Of a stretch of DNA of 64,000 bases, positions 20,903-33,888 are shown in pieces. Each line of letters opens with the position of its first letter. Positions within the stretch are counted from its first letter, which is position 1. Made by a program: the position numbers and the translations under genes. The notes under the pieces were generated by a model. It was given only the letters and a program-made list of their open reading frames with translations. It searched no databases and was not told the DNA's origin. The stretch is from an uncultured Planctomycetaceae bacterium (lineage in GTDB: Bacteria > Planctomycetota > Planctomycetia > Isosphaerales > Isosphaeraceae). The stretch is taken from the NCBI GenBank assembly GCA_963833985.1, contig CAWIAD010000002.1, positions 4,256,001-4,320,000 of the forward strand, read 5' to 3'.

Positions 20903-22852
20903 TCAACGTTCTCCCAGCGCCACGCCCGGCTGCTTCTGCGCCAGAAGCCGCTCGAGCTGCCGTTCCACGTCTGACGCCGTACGCAGGTTGCGGTTGACCA
21001 CCTTCCCTTGCCCGTCGAGCAGAAACATCGTGGGCAGCGAGATGATGCCGTACTCGGTGGCCAGGCGACTGTCGATGCCGTTGGGCTCGAAGATTTGCGG
21101 CCAGCCCAGCGGCTGCTCTTTGAGGAAGGCGTCCACATCGGCGCACGTGTTGTCCAGGCTCACGCCGATCACCTCCAGCCCCTTCCCGCGGTACCTGGTG
21201 TGCAGCTTGGCCAGGTCCGGCAGCTCGCGACGGACCGACTGGCCGCCCCACGATGCCCAGAAGACCACCAGCACCGGCTTGCCGTGGAACTGCGCCGTGT
21301 CGACCGTCTCGCCCTGTATGCTCGTTCCCTTGATGGCGATCGGCTTCCCCACGAGGTCCAGCCTGCGCAGGGCGCCTGCGGCCTTCTTTCCCGAAGGGGT
21401 CTCGGCGAACGACTCCACCAGCTTGGCATAATCTTGCCTTGCCTTGTCCTCCTCGGCGTTGAACTCGTTGGAGCTGCCGAGCTGGAACCAGACCTCGGGT
21501 GCTTCTTCCGAATTCCCGAACCTGGTAAGGAAAGCCTCGAGCTCGCCCATCCATTTCTTCTGGTTCGCCAGGAAGTTCGCGCCTGGCTCCTCGTTGCGCA
21601 GCACAAAATCAGCGCCGATCAGCCGGTACGCGGCATAGGAGGAGGTCCGCGTCGCCTCTGCGGCCATGCTCTCCAGTACCTGCCGCGCCTTGGCGTAGAA
21701 ACCGGTCTGGTAGGCCGCCACCAGGCTGTCCACGATCTGCTTCTGGTAGTTCACCTTGTCCTCAGGGTCCCTCGCCGTCTTGACGATGGCACTGAGCAGG
21801 GGAATACGGCCCACATGGAAGCGCGCCAGGTCTTTCTTGTCGCCGCTGGACTGGAGCTGGGCGTTGGCGCTGTCGTAATCCGCCAGTGACTTGATGGTTT
21901 TCTCCAGGGCCTCGTCACGCTGGGGGCCGGGACCTGCCTGGTCGAAGAGCGCTGCGCGGATGCCGCTGGTCGAAGCGACAACCGGCTTCTCGGGATCGAC
22001 GGCCCTGGGCAGCTCCACGAACTTCCAGGTCTCGCCCAGCTTGATCATCTCGGGAACCTGGAGGAACGAGGTCCGCGCCGTCGCCGCACTGGCCTGTCCT
22101 GGCGGTCCACCGGCAAAGACCACCGCGTTCTCATAAAGGACCAGGTCCTTCCCGAGCCCGCTCGCGGGATCCGCCGCAATCAGGTGCGGGTAGGTGCCGT
22201 CGAACCGGTTCCAGATGGTCTTCGCGGTCCAGCCGCTGAGTGTTTTCTGGAGGGCCGCAACAGCCTCCCCACGCCGGTCGGCCGTGAGGGCCACCCGATC
22301 GATGACGCCCCTGGGCACGCCCGCCTCGGCCAGTTCATCCGGCGTGGCCATGACCGATTCAAGGAGGGCCAGATCGCTGGAGGAAAGGGCCTGCACCAGC
22401 ACCTTGGAGGCTTCCTCGGCCGAAAGCCGCTTCCAGTCGGCGATCTTGCCACCGCGCACCGTCGCGATCCGCGTACCGCCGCTGTTCAGCCAGCGACATT
22501 CGTCGAGCGCCCGGTCACCGTCCAGGTCGTTCTCGCGGTAGACCTCGAAGCCGTCCTGGTAGTAGCTCCACTGGTTCAAGAACTTGCCGCCGCTGGTGAT
22601 GATAAACCGGCGGAGCAGCTTTCCCTGACCGTCCCGCAGCGCGTAACCGATGGTTCGCTTCTGCGCGTCGGTCACCAGCTCTACCTTGCATACATCGAGC
22701 GCGGCCGATTCGGTCGGAGTATCATAATCAACCCCGAGCTGGGTCGGCCGGAACTTGAGCAGGTCTTTCGGAGAGTACTCCGCCGCCATGCTCCCTGGCG
22801 CGGCCACAACCATCAGTCCGAACACGGCCGCGGAAAAACGCAGGCTCCTCAT
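20903..22852 (-). CDS. exported protein with TPR-like region and C-terminal TlpA/redoxin fold lacking CxxC
   Basis: Signal peptide; GKPVLVVFWASWGGQS..ELPDL, VIGVSLD, YGIISLPTMFLLD; RBS AAGGAGAGG. Confidence 0.8.
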   Translation of the reverse strand: MRSLRFSAAVFGLMVVAAPGSMAAEYSPKDLLKFRPTQLGVDYDTPTESAALDVCKVELVTDAQKRTIGYALRDGQGKLLRRFIITSGGKFLNQWSYYQDGFEVYRENDLDGDRALDECRWLNSGGTRIATVRGGKIADWKRLSAEEASKVLVQALSSSDLALLESVMATPDELAEAGVPRGVIDRVALTADRRGEAVAALQKTLSGWTAKTIWNRFDGTYPHLIAADPASGLGKDLVLYENAVVFAGGPPGQASAATARTSFLQVPEMIKLGETWKFVELPRAVDPEKPVVASTSGIRAALFDQAGPGPQRDEALEKTIKSLADYDSANAQLQSSGDKKDLARFHVGRIPLLSAIVKTARDPEDKVNYQKQIVDSLVAAYQTGFYAKARQVLESMAAEATRTSSYAAYRLIGADFVLRNEEPGANFLANQKKWMGELEAFLTRFGNSEEAPEVWFQLGSSNEFNAEEDKARQDYAKLVESFAETPSGKKAAGALRRLDLVGKPIAIKGTSIQGETVDTAQFHGKPVLVVFWASWGGQSVRRELPDLAKLHTRYRGKGLEVIGVSLDNTCADVDAFLKEQPLGWPQIFEPNGIDSRLATEYGIISLPTMFLLDGQGKVVNRNLRTASDVERQLERLLAQKQPGVALGER

Positions 22853-23160
22853 GAACCTCTCCTTATTGACCAGCACCAGTCCCGCCCTTCCCGAGCGGTC
22901 GCAGAACACGCGCAATCCCTGCCGTCGCTGTAATCCTCATCGGCATTCCGTCGGGCGGGCTCAAGCCGTTTGGATCGGGGGTCCTTCACGGGCGCCAAGT
23001 TGACATCGAAACGCAGGGCAAGTCCAGACCGAGTCCTGGCATTGCATGCATGCTTTCAGGGAGAGGCGGGAACCGAGTTTTCTTCCAGTTCGTGGACGCG
23101 CGGGGCTGTCTGCCGCCAGTAGACTTCTGGAAAGCCGTTGACGGTGAGGGGGTTTTGCTC

Positions 23161-26100
23161 ATGTCCATGTCCAGAGAATCGGCTGGCCAGGCACTGCGAG
23201 AGATCCGGGCGCTGCATGCGCTGGGGACGGTCGGGGGATTGACCGATCCGCAGCTCGTGGAACGCTACCTGGGCAGCCAGGGCACGGACCGTGAGGACGC
23301 GTTCGCGGCCCTCGTGCAACGGCACGGCCCCATGGTTCTGAGCGTCTGCCGCCGGATGCTGGGGGGATCGGCCGATGTCGAAGACGTTTTCCAGGCCGTT
23401 TTCCTGGTTCTGGCCCGGAAGGCCGGCGCGGTCCGCAGGTTGGAGGGGCTGAAATCCTGGATCTATGGCGTCGCAGTCCGGACGGCCAGGGAGGCCAGGA
23501 GACAATCGGCCAGACGGCGGCAGCGGGAGGGTGGAGCGATGGACGAATCGAAAGCCGTCTCCACGCCGGGGGGAGGGCCGGACGACCTTCTCGAGATCCT
23601 CGACGAGGAGATCGACCGCCTGCCACGGCGGTATCGCGACGCCGTCTTGCTGTGTGAGCTGGATGGGATCCCGCGCCAGGACGCCGCCCGGCAGCTTGGC
23701 CTCGCCGAAGGCACCCTTTCCAGCCGCCTGGCCCGTGGCCGCTCGATACTGCGCAGCAGGCTCACCAGGCGCGGTGCCACGCTCGGTGCCGGGGGGATCG
23801 CCGCATTTCTGAGGGGATCAGCGAACGCAGCCATCCCCGAGCCGCTCGCCCGCTCCACGGTACAGCTCGCCTTGCAATTCGCGGCTGCCGGGACAATCCC
23901 GGCGGCGGCTTCCTCGCTCGCGGAAGGGGTGCTCGCCATGATGTTCGCAGCCAGGATGAAGCTTTTTCTCATCACCATGGCCAGCCTGGGGGGAGCAGCC
24001 TGCTTGACGGCCGGCCTCGCCTGGGCCGTGATGGCAAGGCCTGCGGTCGAACCGGCCAGGCCGCAGCCCATACCTGTCGCCCAGGCTCCGAAAGAGCATT
24101 CCGATAAGGAGAATCTGGAACCCGTTGCGCAGGTCCGGGGAGTGGTCGTGGACGAGACGGGCCGGCCGGTCGAAGGCGTGGAAGTTCGGGGCAATGCCTT
24201 CACCGCCAGGGAGTCTCAGCCCGCAGTGACAGCCGCGGATGGGTCGTTCACAATCGCAGTCCCGCCCCGGCATGTCGGCGGGCTCGTGCTGCTCGCCAGC
24301 CTGGCAGGAAATGATCGGCTGGGGTTCCATCAGATTGGCTATAACGAGGCAGGGGCAAAGGCTCAAGAGCCGGTACGGATCGTGCTCAGGCCGGGCCGGG
24401 AAGTCGCGGTCCGCGTCGCGGATTCGAGCCAGGCCGCGGTATCCGATGCGGCGGTTCAGATCGCCGGCAACTTCGCAATCCTTGATTCCCGCAAGACAGG
24501 GCCCGACGGCGCGGCCAGGCTGCACGTCCCGGCCGACGCCACGGTCGAATGGATCTACGCGCTCAAGTCCGGCAAAGGCTTTGACTACGCGGAATACGGC
24601 AAGTTCGATGAATATGGTCGATCACGGGGCGGTGCCTCGGCCCTCAGCCTGCCCGCATCAGTGAACCTCAGGCTCGACGGCGTTCGCAGGGCGCGGATCA
24701 AGGCCGTCGATGCCGCGGGCAAGCCCCTGGCCGGGGCCCGGTTCAGGGTCTGGCTGGTTCAGAAGCCAGGTCGCAAGAGCGAGGTCAATGTCTCGAGCCG
24801 TATCCTGGAAGAAATGTCCGGACAGGACGGCATCGCCACCTTCGACTGGCTGCCGCCGTCCAGGGACTTGCTCCAGTTCTGGCCTGTCGACGAGGGCTAC
24901 GCGCATCGCCGGGTCACCGTGGAAGAAGGGCAGACCGCTCCGGTCACCACCAGGCTGACCCGCACCGAAACGATCCGTGGCCGCGTGACTCTGCCCGACG
25001 GGTCCCCTGCCCCGGGAATCCAGGTCCGGGCTTACGGCAGTGGTAAAGGATCCGATAACGGCCAGGACCGCATTCGCACCGATGCCAGCGGCAGCTACAC
25101 GCTCACGGTCAACCCGGACGAGGCCTACGCCGTTTATGTCGACGACAAGGACTGGGCCGCACCGTCCCGCCTCGATGTGGATATCCGCGCGGGCAAGCCG
25201 GTCGCGGGAGTCGATTTCCGGCTCACCCGCGGAACGCTTTTGCATGGCAAGGTCACCGTCGGAGCAAACCGGCGGCCGGTTGCCGACCAGTACATTATTC
25301 TGGATGAGACAGCAGGAATTGCGCCCGAAGAGTTCCGCGAACCGGGCGATCATACCCACCGCGAGGTTCGTCGCCAGTTCGGTGCCACGACCGACGCTTC
25401 GGGGCGCTATTCCATACGCATCGGGCCCGGGGCGTACACGATCATGGGGCCGCCACGGACCGAGAATGAGAAGATCACCGTCAAGGATGAGGCCGAAATC
25501 ATCCGCGACTTCCAGATGCCGCGGCCGACAAAAGGCACCCTCACCGGCCGGGTTGTGCTGGCCGGGTCCAGGGACAAGGGAGTCGCTGATGCCGTGGTCG
25601 AGGTCGCGGCAGCAAACCGGCTTGCGATCCCATTCGCGGTGAAGGCCGATGCCCAGGGCCGGTTCCAGGCGGAGCGCAACCTCGATCCCCTGGTGATCTG
25701 CGCCAGGAGCCCCGATGGAACGCTGGGAGCGATGGTCGAGCTCGGAGCCGAGGATCCGACGGTCGAGATCGCTCTCTCTCCGACAGCCTCGGCCACGGGA
25801 GTGCTCCTCGACGAGCAGGGCAAGCCGGCCGCGAACCAGAAGCTGTACTGGGGCCGTCGTGTTTACCTTGACCAGGAACAGCGCATGTCCATGGTCTGCT
25901 TCGCCCCCAAGGTCGCCACCGACGAAAACGGCAAGTTCACGCTGCCGTCACTGGTGGTGGGCCAGGAGTACGAGATCGCCGTCCAAAGAGACAACATGTT
26001 CCCCGCGGCCGGCGCGGTGCGGCCAGAGAAGCCCGGCCCGATCGATCTGGGAACCTTGCGGATCGGTGCGTATTCCGGGAAGCCCCGGCCGACCGAGGAA

Positions 26101-26562
26101 GAGCTGTCTTCGTTCCGCAAGAACGCACCCGGGCCCGGCGCGGTCGCTCCGGAGATCAAAGCGATTCGGCTCGACGGCGAGTCATTGAGCCTCAGCGAGT
26201 TCCAGGGGAAGTATGTGCTCCTCGACTTCTGGGCAACGTGGTGCGGTCCCTGCCTCGGCGAGATCCCGAACCTTCAGGCCGTGTACCAGGCTTTTGGCCA
26301 CGACCCGCGATTTGTCCTGCTGAGCCTGAGCGTCGACGAGAAGATCGACGAGCCGCGGAAGTTCCAGGAGAAGCGCAAACTGCCGTGGCTCCAGGCTTTC
26401 CTGGGCGGAGGAGTGAGCAGTCCGATGACTGACGGGTTCGGCATCCGGGCGATCCCGGCCTTCGTGCTGGTCGGTCCCGATGGCAAGATCGTCGCCCGCG
26501 GCATGCGCGGCAAGGACATCGAGCAGAAGGTCGCGGAGGCACTCGCAAGGCGGATACCATGA
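23161..26562 (+). CDS. ECF sigma factor fused to TM helix, carboxypeptidase-regulatory-like repeats and C-terminal TlpA domain
   Basis: LTDPQLVERY..AFAALVQRHGPMVLSVCRR..DVEDVFQAVFLVL; EEIDRLP.RYR..VLLC.LDG; GTLSSRLARGR; DFWATWCGPC. Confidence 0.9.
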   Translation: MSMSRESAGQALREIRALHALGTVGGLTDPQLVERYLGSQGTDREDAFAALVQRHGPMVLSVCRRMLGGSADVEDVFQAVFLVLARKAGAVRRLEGLKSWIYGVAVRTAREARRQSARRRQREGGAMDESKAVSTPGGGPDDLLEILDEEIDRLPRRYRDAVLLCELDGIPRQDAARQLGLAEGTLSSRLARGRSILRSRLTRRGATLGAGGIAAFLRGSANAAIPEPLARSTVQLALQFAAAGTIPAAASSLAEGVLAMMFAARMKLFLITMASLGGAACLTAGLAWAVMARPAVEPARPQPIPVAQAPKEHSDKENLEPVAQVRGVVVDETGRPVEGVEVRGNAFTARESQPAVTAADGSFTIAVPPRHVGGLVLLASLAGNDRLGFHQIGYNEAGAKAQEPVRIVLRPGREVAVRVADSSQAAVSDAAVQIAGNFAILDSRKTGPDGAARLHVPADATVEWIYALKSGKGFDYAEYGKFDEYGRSRGGASALSLPASVNLRLDGVRRARIKAVDAAGKPLAGARFRVWLVQKPGRKSEVNVSSRILEEMSGQDGIATFDWLPPSRDLLQFWPVDEGYAHRRVTVEEGQTAPVTTRLTRTETIRGRVTLPDGSPAPGIQVRAYGSGKGSDNGQDRIRTDASGSYTLTVNPDEAYAVYVDDKDWAAPSRLDVDIRAGKPVAGVDFRLTRGTLLHGKVTVGANRRPVADQYIILDETAGIAPEEFREPGDHTHREVRRQFGATTDASGRYSIRIGPGAYTIMGPPRTENEKITVKDEAEIIRDFQMPRPTKGTLTGRVVLAGSRDKGVADAVVEVAAANRLAIPFAVKADAQGRFQAERNLDPLVICARSPDGTLGAMVELGAEDPTVEIALSPTASATGVLLDEQGKPAANQKLYWGRRVYLDQEQRMSMVCFAPKVATDENGKFTLPSLVVGQEYEIAVQRDNMFPAAGAVRPEKPGPIDLGTLRIGAYSGKPRPTEEELSSFRKNAPGPGAVAPEIKAIRLDGESLSLSEFQGKYVLLDFWATWCGPCLGEIPNLQAVYQAFGHDPRFVLLSLSVDEKIDEPRKFQEKRKLPWLQAFLGGGVSSPMTDGFGIRAIPAFVLVGPDGKIVARGMRGKDIEQKVAEALARRIP

Positions 26563-26566
26563 TTGC

Positions 26567-26645
26567 TCGGACACAAGATTCCAAAAGTGTCCATATCCAA
26601 CCAAAAACGAATGCACTACGATCCGATTGGAATCTTGTGAACCGA
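26567..26645. repeat. inverted-repeat element in AT-rich intergenic DNA
   Basis: CACAAGATTCCAA (26572-26584) and TTGGAATCTTGTG (26627-26639) form a perfect 13-bp IR, extended by TCGG/CCGA. Confidence 0.75.
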
Positions 26646-26810
26646 AAGAGTGATGTGGCTTGACATGCCGCGCAGACTCCGTACTGTAATTGATCCTGAG
26701 AAAATGGACTTCTGGGAAGGGATCGACGCGCTTGGTCGAGCCGAATACTGCACCCAGTCATGGTGCGGCTCACGGCTTCGCCTACCCGCCTCAGCCTGGA
26801 TGAGGGCGCC

Positions 26811-28239
26811 ATGGATCGACGCATCCTCGTGGTGGATGATAGCGAGCTCATCGGCCAGCAGTTCTCCCAATTGCTCCGTGCACCCGATCGCGAGATCAGT
26901 GTCGCTCTCGACGGCACCACGGCCCTGGAATGGCTGGTCGAGCATCCGTACTCTCTTGTGCTGACCGATTTACGGCTGCCGGGCATCAGTGGTCTGGACC
27001 TGATCCGGGAGATCCGTAGCCGGGACCTGCCGGTGACGATCATCGTCATGACGGCTTACGCCACGGTGGAAGCCGCGGTCGACGCCATGAAGCTGGGCGC
27101 CTACGACTTCATCCAGAAACCCGTGGACACGACCCGGCTCGAGCTGCTGGTGAGCAAGGCGCTCGAGGACCGCAGGCTGTTGGATGAGGTTGCCGATCTG
27201 CGGAACCGGCTGCGGCGGCGCAACGCCTACCACAATCTTCTGGGCCGCAGCCGCCGGATGCTGGACGTCTTCGCGCGCGTGGAGCGGGTGGCCTCCTCCC
27301 GGTGCACCGTGCTCGTGACCGGAGAGACCGGTACGGGGAAGGAGCTGGTTGCTCAGGCGATCCATTACAGCGATGTCACCCGGAACGGCAAGCTCGAGAT
27401 CGTCAACTGTGCCGCACTTCCTGAGCACCTGATGGAGAGCGAACTGTTCGGTCACGAGCGCGGAGCCTTCACCGGCGCGGACCGGCAGAAGAAGGGACGG
27501 TTCGAGCTCGCCGACGGGGGGACCCTGTTCCTCGACGAGATCGGCGAGCTCCCCCTGGGCATGCAGGCCAAGCTCCTGCGCGTGCTTCAGGACCAGCATT
27601 TCGAGCGGGTCGGCGGAACCGAGCCGATCAGAGCGGATTGCCGGGTGGTCGCGGCCACCAACCTGAATCTTGCCCAGGCCGTTGCCGAGAACCGTTTCCG
27701 TGAAGACCTCTACTACCGGCTCAACGTCGTCTCGATTGACCTGCCTCCACTCCGCGAGCGGCTCGACGATGTGCCCTTGCTGGTGAACCACTTTCTGGAA
27801 AAGCTGACGGAACGCGGGCTGCCGGCCAAGTCGGTCGCCCGGGAGGCGCTCTCCCGTCTGATCCGTTACGACTGGCCCGGCAACGTGCGTGAGCCTCGAG
27901 CACATCATCGAGCAGATGGTCGTCACCACAGCGGGCCCGGTGATCGAGCCGGAGAACCTGCCCCCGCAGATCGTGCCGCTCCGCGAAGAGCCGTTCAGCC
28001 TCGATTTTGACCAGGGCCGGCCCCTTCAGCATCTCACCGACGAGTTCATCGGGCGGATCGAGCGTGCCTACCTTGTCCGCGTGCTGGAGAAATATCGCGG
28101 GCGAATCGACCGATCCGCCTTGCATTGCGGCCTGTCGCGCAGGAGCATCAGTGAGAAGCTTCGTCGCTATCAGATCGACAAGAGCGACTTCAAGCCTGCG
28201 CTGCGCGGCCGCAAGCGATTGGTTCTGGCCGCGGAATAG
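26811..28239 (+). CDS. sigma54-dependent response regulator (NtrC/AtoC family); +1 frameshift near 27894
   Basis: Receiver [42 protein letters not shown]; continues LEHIIEQ...HTH in ORF 27889-28239. Confidence 0.92.
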
Positions 28240-28256
28240 AAAGGGCCTCGGCCGCG

Positions 28257-29177
28257 ATGCCTGCCTTGATCGTCCAGATACCGAAAGTCCACTGGCCGCT
28301 CTTGTTTCTCGTTTTGCTCAACCCCCAGCCGGTGACACGGGCCGCTCAGACTCAGCCGCCAGTGCGGTCCCAGCCGCAGTCGCAGCCGCAACCCGCGGAC
28401 CTGGACACCCAGCTCATGCTGGCGACCGTCAAGATCACCGACAGTGACGCATCCGGGACGGCCTTCGTTCTCAGCCGCCCCAGACCGTCGGACCCGAAGT
28501 CCACCCAGTACTTGCTGGTGACCGCGGAACACACCTTGAGCCGCTCCAGGGGCAATGAGGTGACGGTCGTCTTCCGCAAGAGATCGGCCGATGGCGGCTA
28601 CGAGAAGGCACCCATCAAGGTCGCCGTGAGGCAGGATGGCAAGCTGCTCTGGAAAAAGCACCCGAGCGCCGATGTCGGCATCCTGCCCATCAATCCACCG
28701 CCCGAGGTTGTACTGCCCACCGTGCCGATTGATCTGCTCGCCTCCGACGAGGACCTGGAGCGCCACCAGGTTCATCCTGGCGATCCGGTTCGCTGCGTTG
28801 GCTTCCCGCACCCCAACCAGTTCGAGCCCAGCGAAGCCGGTTTCGGGGTCGTCCGGGCCGGGTGCATTGCCGGGTTTCCGCTGCTGCCGACGCAGAAGAC
28901 CCGGACGCTCCTGCTCGACCTGAACAGCTTCGAAGGAGACAGCGGAGCGCCCGTTTATCTCGTCAGCGACCACCGCCTCGTCGGCGGCAAATTCGAGCCG
29001 GGCCCGGTGCGATTGATCCTGGGGCTCATGGTCGGACAGCATTTCCTGGACGAGGAATTCAAGATGGTCTACCAGACCGGCAAGTTTCGCCACCGGCTGG
29101 GTTTTGCCATCGCCGTGCACGCCAGCGCCATCAAGGAAACCATCAACCTCCTGGATGGCAAGCCTGGACCGGGCTGA
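28257..29177 (+). CDS. exported trypsin-like (S1) serine protease
   Basis: LVTAEH, ADVGI, EGDSGAPV catalytic triad motifs; signal peptide. Confidence 0.82.
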   Translation: MPALIVQIPKVHWPLLFLVLLNPQPVTRAAQTQPPVRSQPQSQPQPADLDTQLMLATVKITDSDASGTAFVLSRPRPSDPKSTQYLLVTAEHTLSRSRGNEVTVVFRKRSADGGYEKAPIKVAVRQDGKLLWKKHPSADVGILPINPPPEVVLPTVPIDLLASDEDLERHQVHPGDPVRCVGFPHPNQFEPSEAGFGVVRAGCIAGFPLLPTQKTRTLLLDLNSFEGDSGAPVYLVSDHRLVGGKFEPGPVRLILGLMVGQHFLDEEFKMVYQTGKFRHRLGFAIAVHASAIKETINLLDGKPGPG

Positions 29178-29236
29178 CCCGGGGTCATGACGCCTGTCCG
29201 GAGCCACCAATCCATGGAACCTGGCGCCTGCCCGCA

Positions 29237-30285
29237 TTATCCCCGTCCGGCGAACCAGAACCAGGAAGCGACCGAACGCCAGAAGAACCAGGCCCCTGCC
29301 AGGATGACGAAGAAACCCGCCCCGAGGATGAACAGCGGCATGAGCGGCGTGAGCAGACCCAGCAGGATGCCAACACCCCAGACTGCCACCCACACCTTGG
29401 CGAGAAGGCCAATCAGGTCGGTCAACCGTAATCGCGCCACGGCCGCCCGGAACCTCTCGGCGGCAGCGGCCAGCTCATCGATCATCACCGGCCCGGACGG
29501 CGCGGCGTGCCGCCAGGCTCTCGGGCCGTCAGGTGGGCCGCCCAGCGACGACAGCTCGCGATGAGCCCGAACGATCAATTCATCTGCGCCGATCGGGTCC
29601 GCGGCGATCGTCCGCTCGGCCTCGGCCAGTGCTTGCTCGGCCGATTCGATCACGGCATGGTGCGGATCCGTGGGGAGCCGTACCCCGGTTCCCCGCGTGA
29701 TCCGGCTTTGAATCTCGGCAAGCTGGTTGCTGGCCGCCTTCAGGTGCTCGCGCCAGCTCATGCGACTGGTTCAACTGGTCGAGCCTGTGCTTGCACGAGC
29801 CCGTGCGCTGGACCAGCTCGTCGAGCTCCTCCGCCGCCTAAAAGCTTCTGAGCTTCTTCCGTGGACCTGGTGCCCAGACCGCTGCCGGCCCGGATGCTGC
29901 GCTGGGCTTGCTCCCAGATTTCCATGACCTTGAGCCAGCGCTCCCAGAGCCGGTCCAGATCATGACTGACCTCGTTGTACATGCTCAGAGTTCGACCGAC
30001 CATCGGTACCGTGAAGTCCGCGTCCTTCGCGGCCAGCGTCTTGTGCCGTTGCCGCAGACCGTCAAGCTGGTCCATCAAGGCCACCGCCTGCGTCCGGAAG
30101 TCTCGAAACTGGGACTCCACCGTTCCCTGGACCCGGCGTTTGCGATAAACCAGGAACCCCAGCGTTGCCAGCCCCAGCAATCCGCACAGCAGCATGGCCG
30201 CCATCGGCAGGCCCCGAAAGTCAGCCAGGCCAAGTAGCGCCAGGAGCGCGGGCACTTGAATCAGGCCGTTCTCAGTGTTTCTCAT
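29237..30285 (-). CDS. hypothetical membrane protein with coiled coil; apparent frameshifts near 29830 and 29750
   Basis: ORFs 29758-30393, 29580-29774 and 29237-29761 join into one helical protein with N- and C-terminal TM segments. Confidence 0.55.
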
Positions 30286-30522
30286 CAGGGATCCCCGTAC
30301 AGAAGCCTGGGTGGCCGGCCATCGCCCTCGCAAGCGGCTTGCCAATCGTGAACCAAAGCAGGAAACGGCAGGCAATGACCGAAAACAACACACTGGAGCA
30401 GAGTGCGTGCTTGCTCTCCAGCGAAGACTTGTACTTCACGGGCAAAAAACGCAGAATGAGGAACGTAGGGTCCGGTGTCTCACCGTGCTGATCCGCGTGT
30501 GCGCCTTTTTCATGGAGTGCCC

Positions 30523-30921
30523 ATGAAACACGTTCAACTCCCCGCGTTGTTCTTGCTTGCCGCCCTCTGCTGGACAAGACCGGCACAGGCCCAGATTGGC
30601 ATCCTGTCGCTCGTGCCCGGCATGGAGCCCGGGCCCCAGGCGCAGCACCCGTTTGACGCGGCGAGGAAACAGAACACGGCCCCCGCTCCCCCTCCGCTGT
30701 CTCTCATCGGGCCGGTGCACACCACACACTCCGCGCAGCATGCGGCCGCGTCCGTTGTTCCGGGGCTCGCCGACCGGTATGGACGGGCCGATCTGTCGGG
30801 CAAGCCCATTTCCGGCTACCCCGCCATCCGAGGCGTCCTGCAAGGTCCAGGTGCGATGCACGTTGCGCGCGGGGGTGCGAACGGGCACGGGCGCCGGGCA
30901 CCGGCGAACAAGAAGAAATAA
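30523..30921 (+). CDS. hypothetical secreted protein
   Basis: MKHVQLPALFLLAALCWTRPAQAQ signal peptide; RBS GGAG. Confidence 0.55.
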   Translation: MKHVQLPALFLLAALCWTRPAQAQIGILSLVPGMEPGPQAQHPFDAARKQNTAPAPPPLSLIGPVHTTHSAQHAAASVVPGLADRYGRADLSGKPISGYPAIRGVLQGPGAMHVARGGANGHGRRAPANKKK

Positions 30922-31016
30922 CCGGTCCGGCACCCCGCGGTTCTGCCGCGACCAGGCGGGCGGGTGCCGCAAGACCCGACCGCGGCCTGGTGATGCCGGC
31001 CCGTACCCCACTGGCA

Positions 31017-33689
<2,673 letters not shown>

Positions 33690-33888
33690 GGGGTTCACCA
33701 ATCAAAAAGGATCGGGTCCGCGCAGCGAGAGCGGGCAGTGGCCCGCGGAGCAGGGTGAATGAGACGTGGCGCGCCAGCTCGTGGCCAGGGGCCGAAGCCC
33801 AAAGGCAAACGGTTCGTCACCGGATGCATCTTGCCGCGACCATTCGCCACGTCTCACCCGCCACCTCAGTCCGGCCGGAAACGGCCGA

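Noticed and set aside
33798..33845. AAAGGCAAAC GEMM-like start between dnaK and clpB
   Set aside because: Antisense to the operon and lacks the downstream GACGCAAA and P3.
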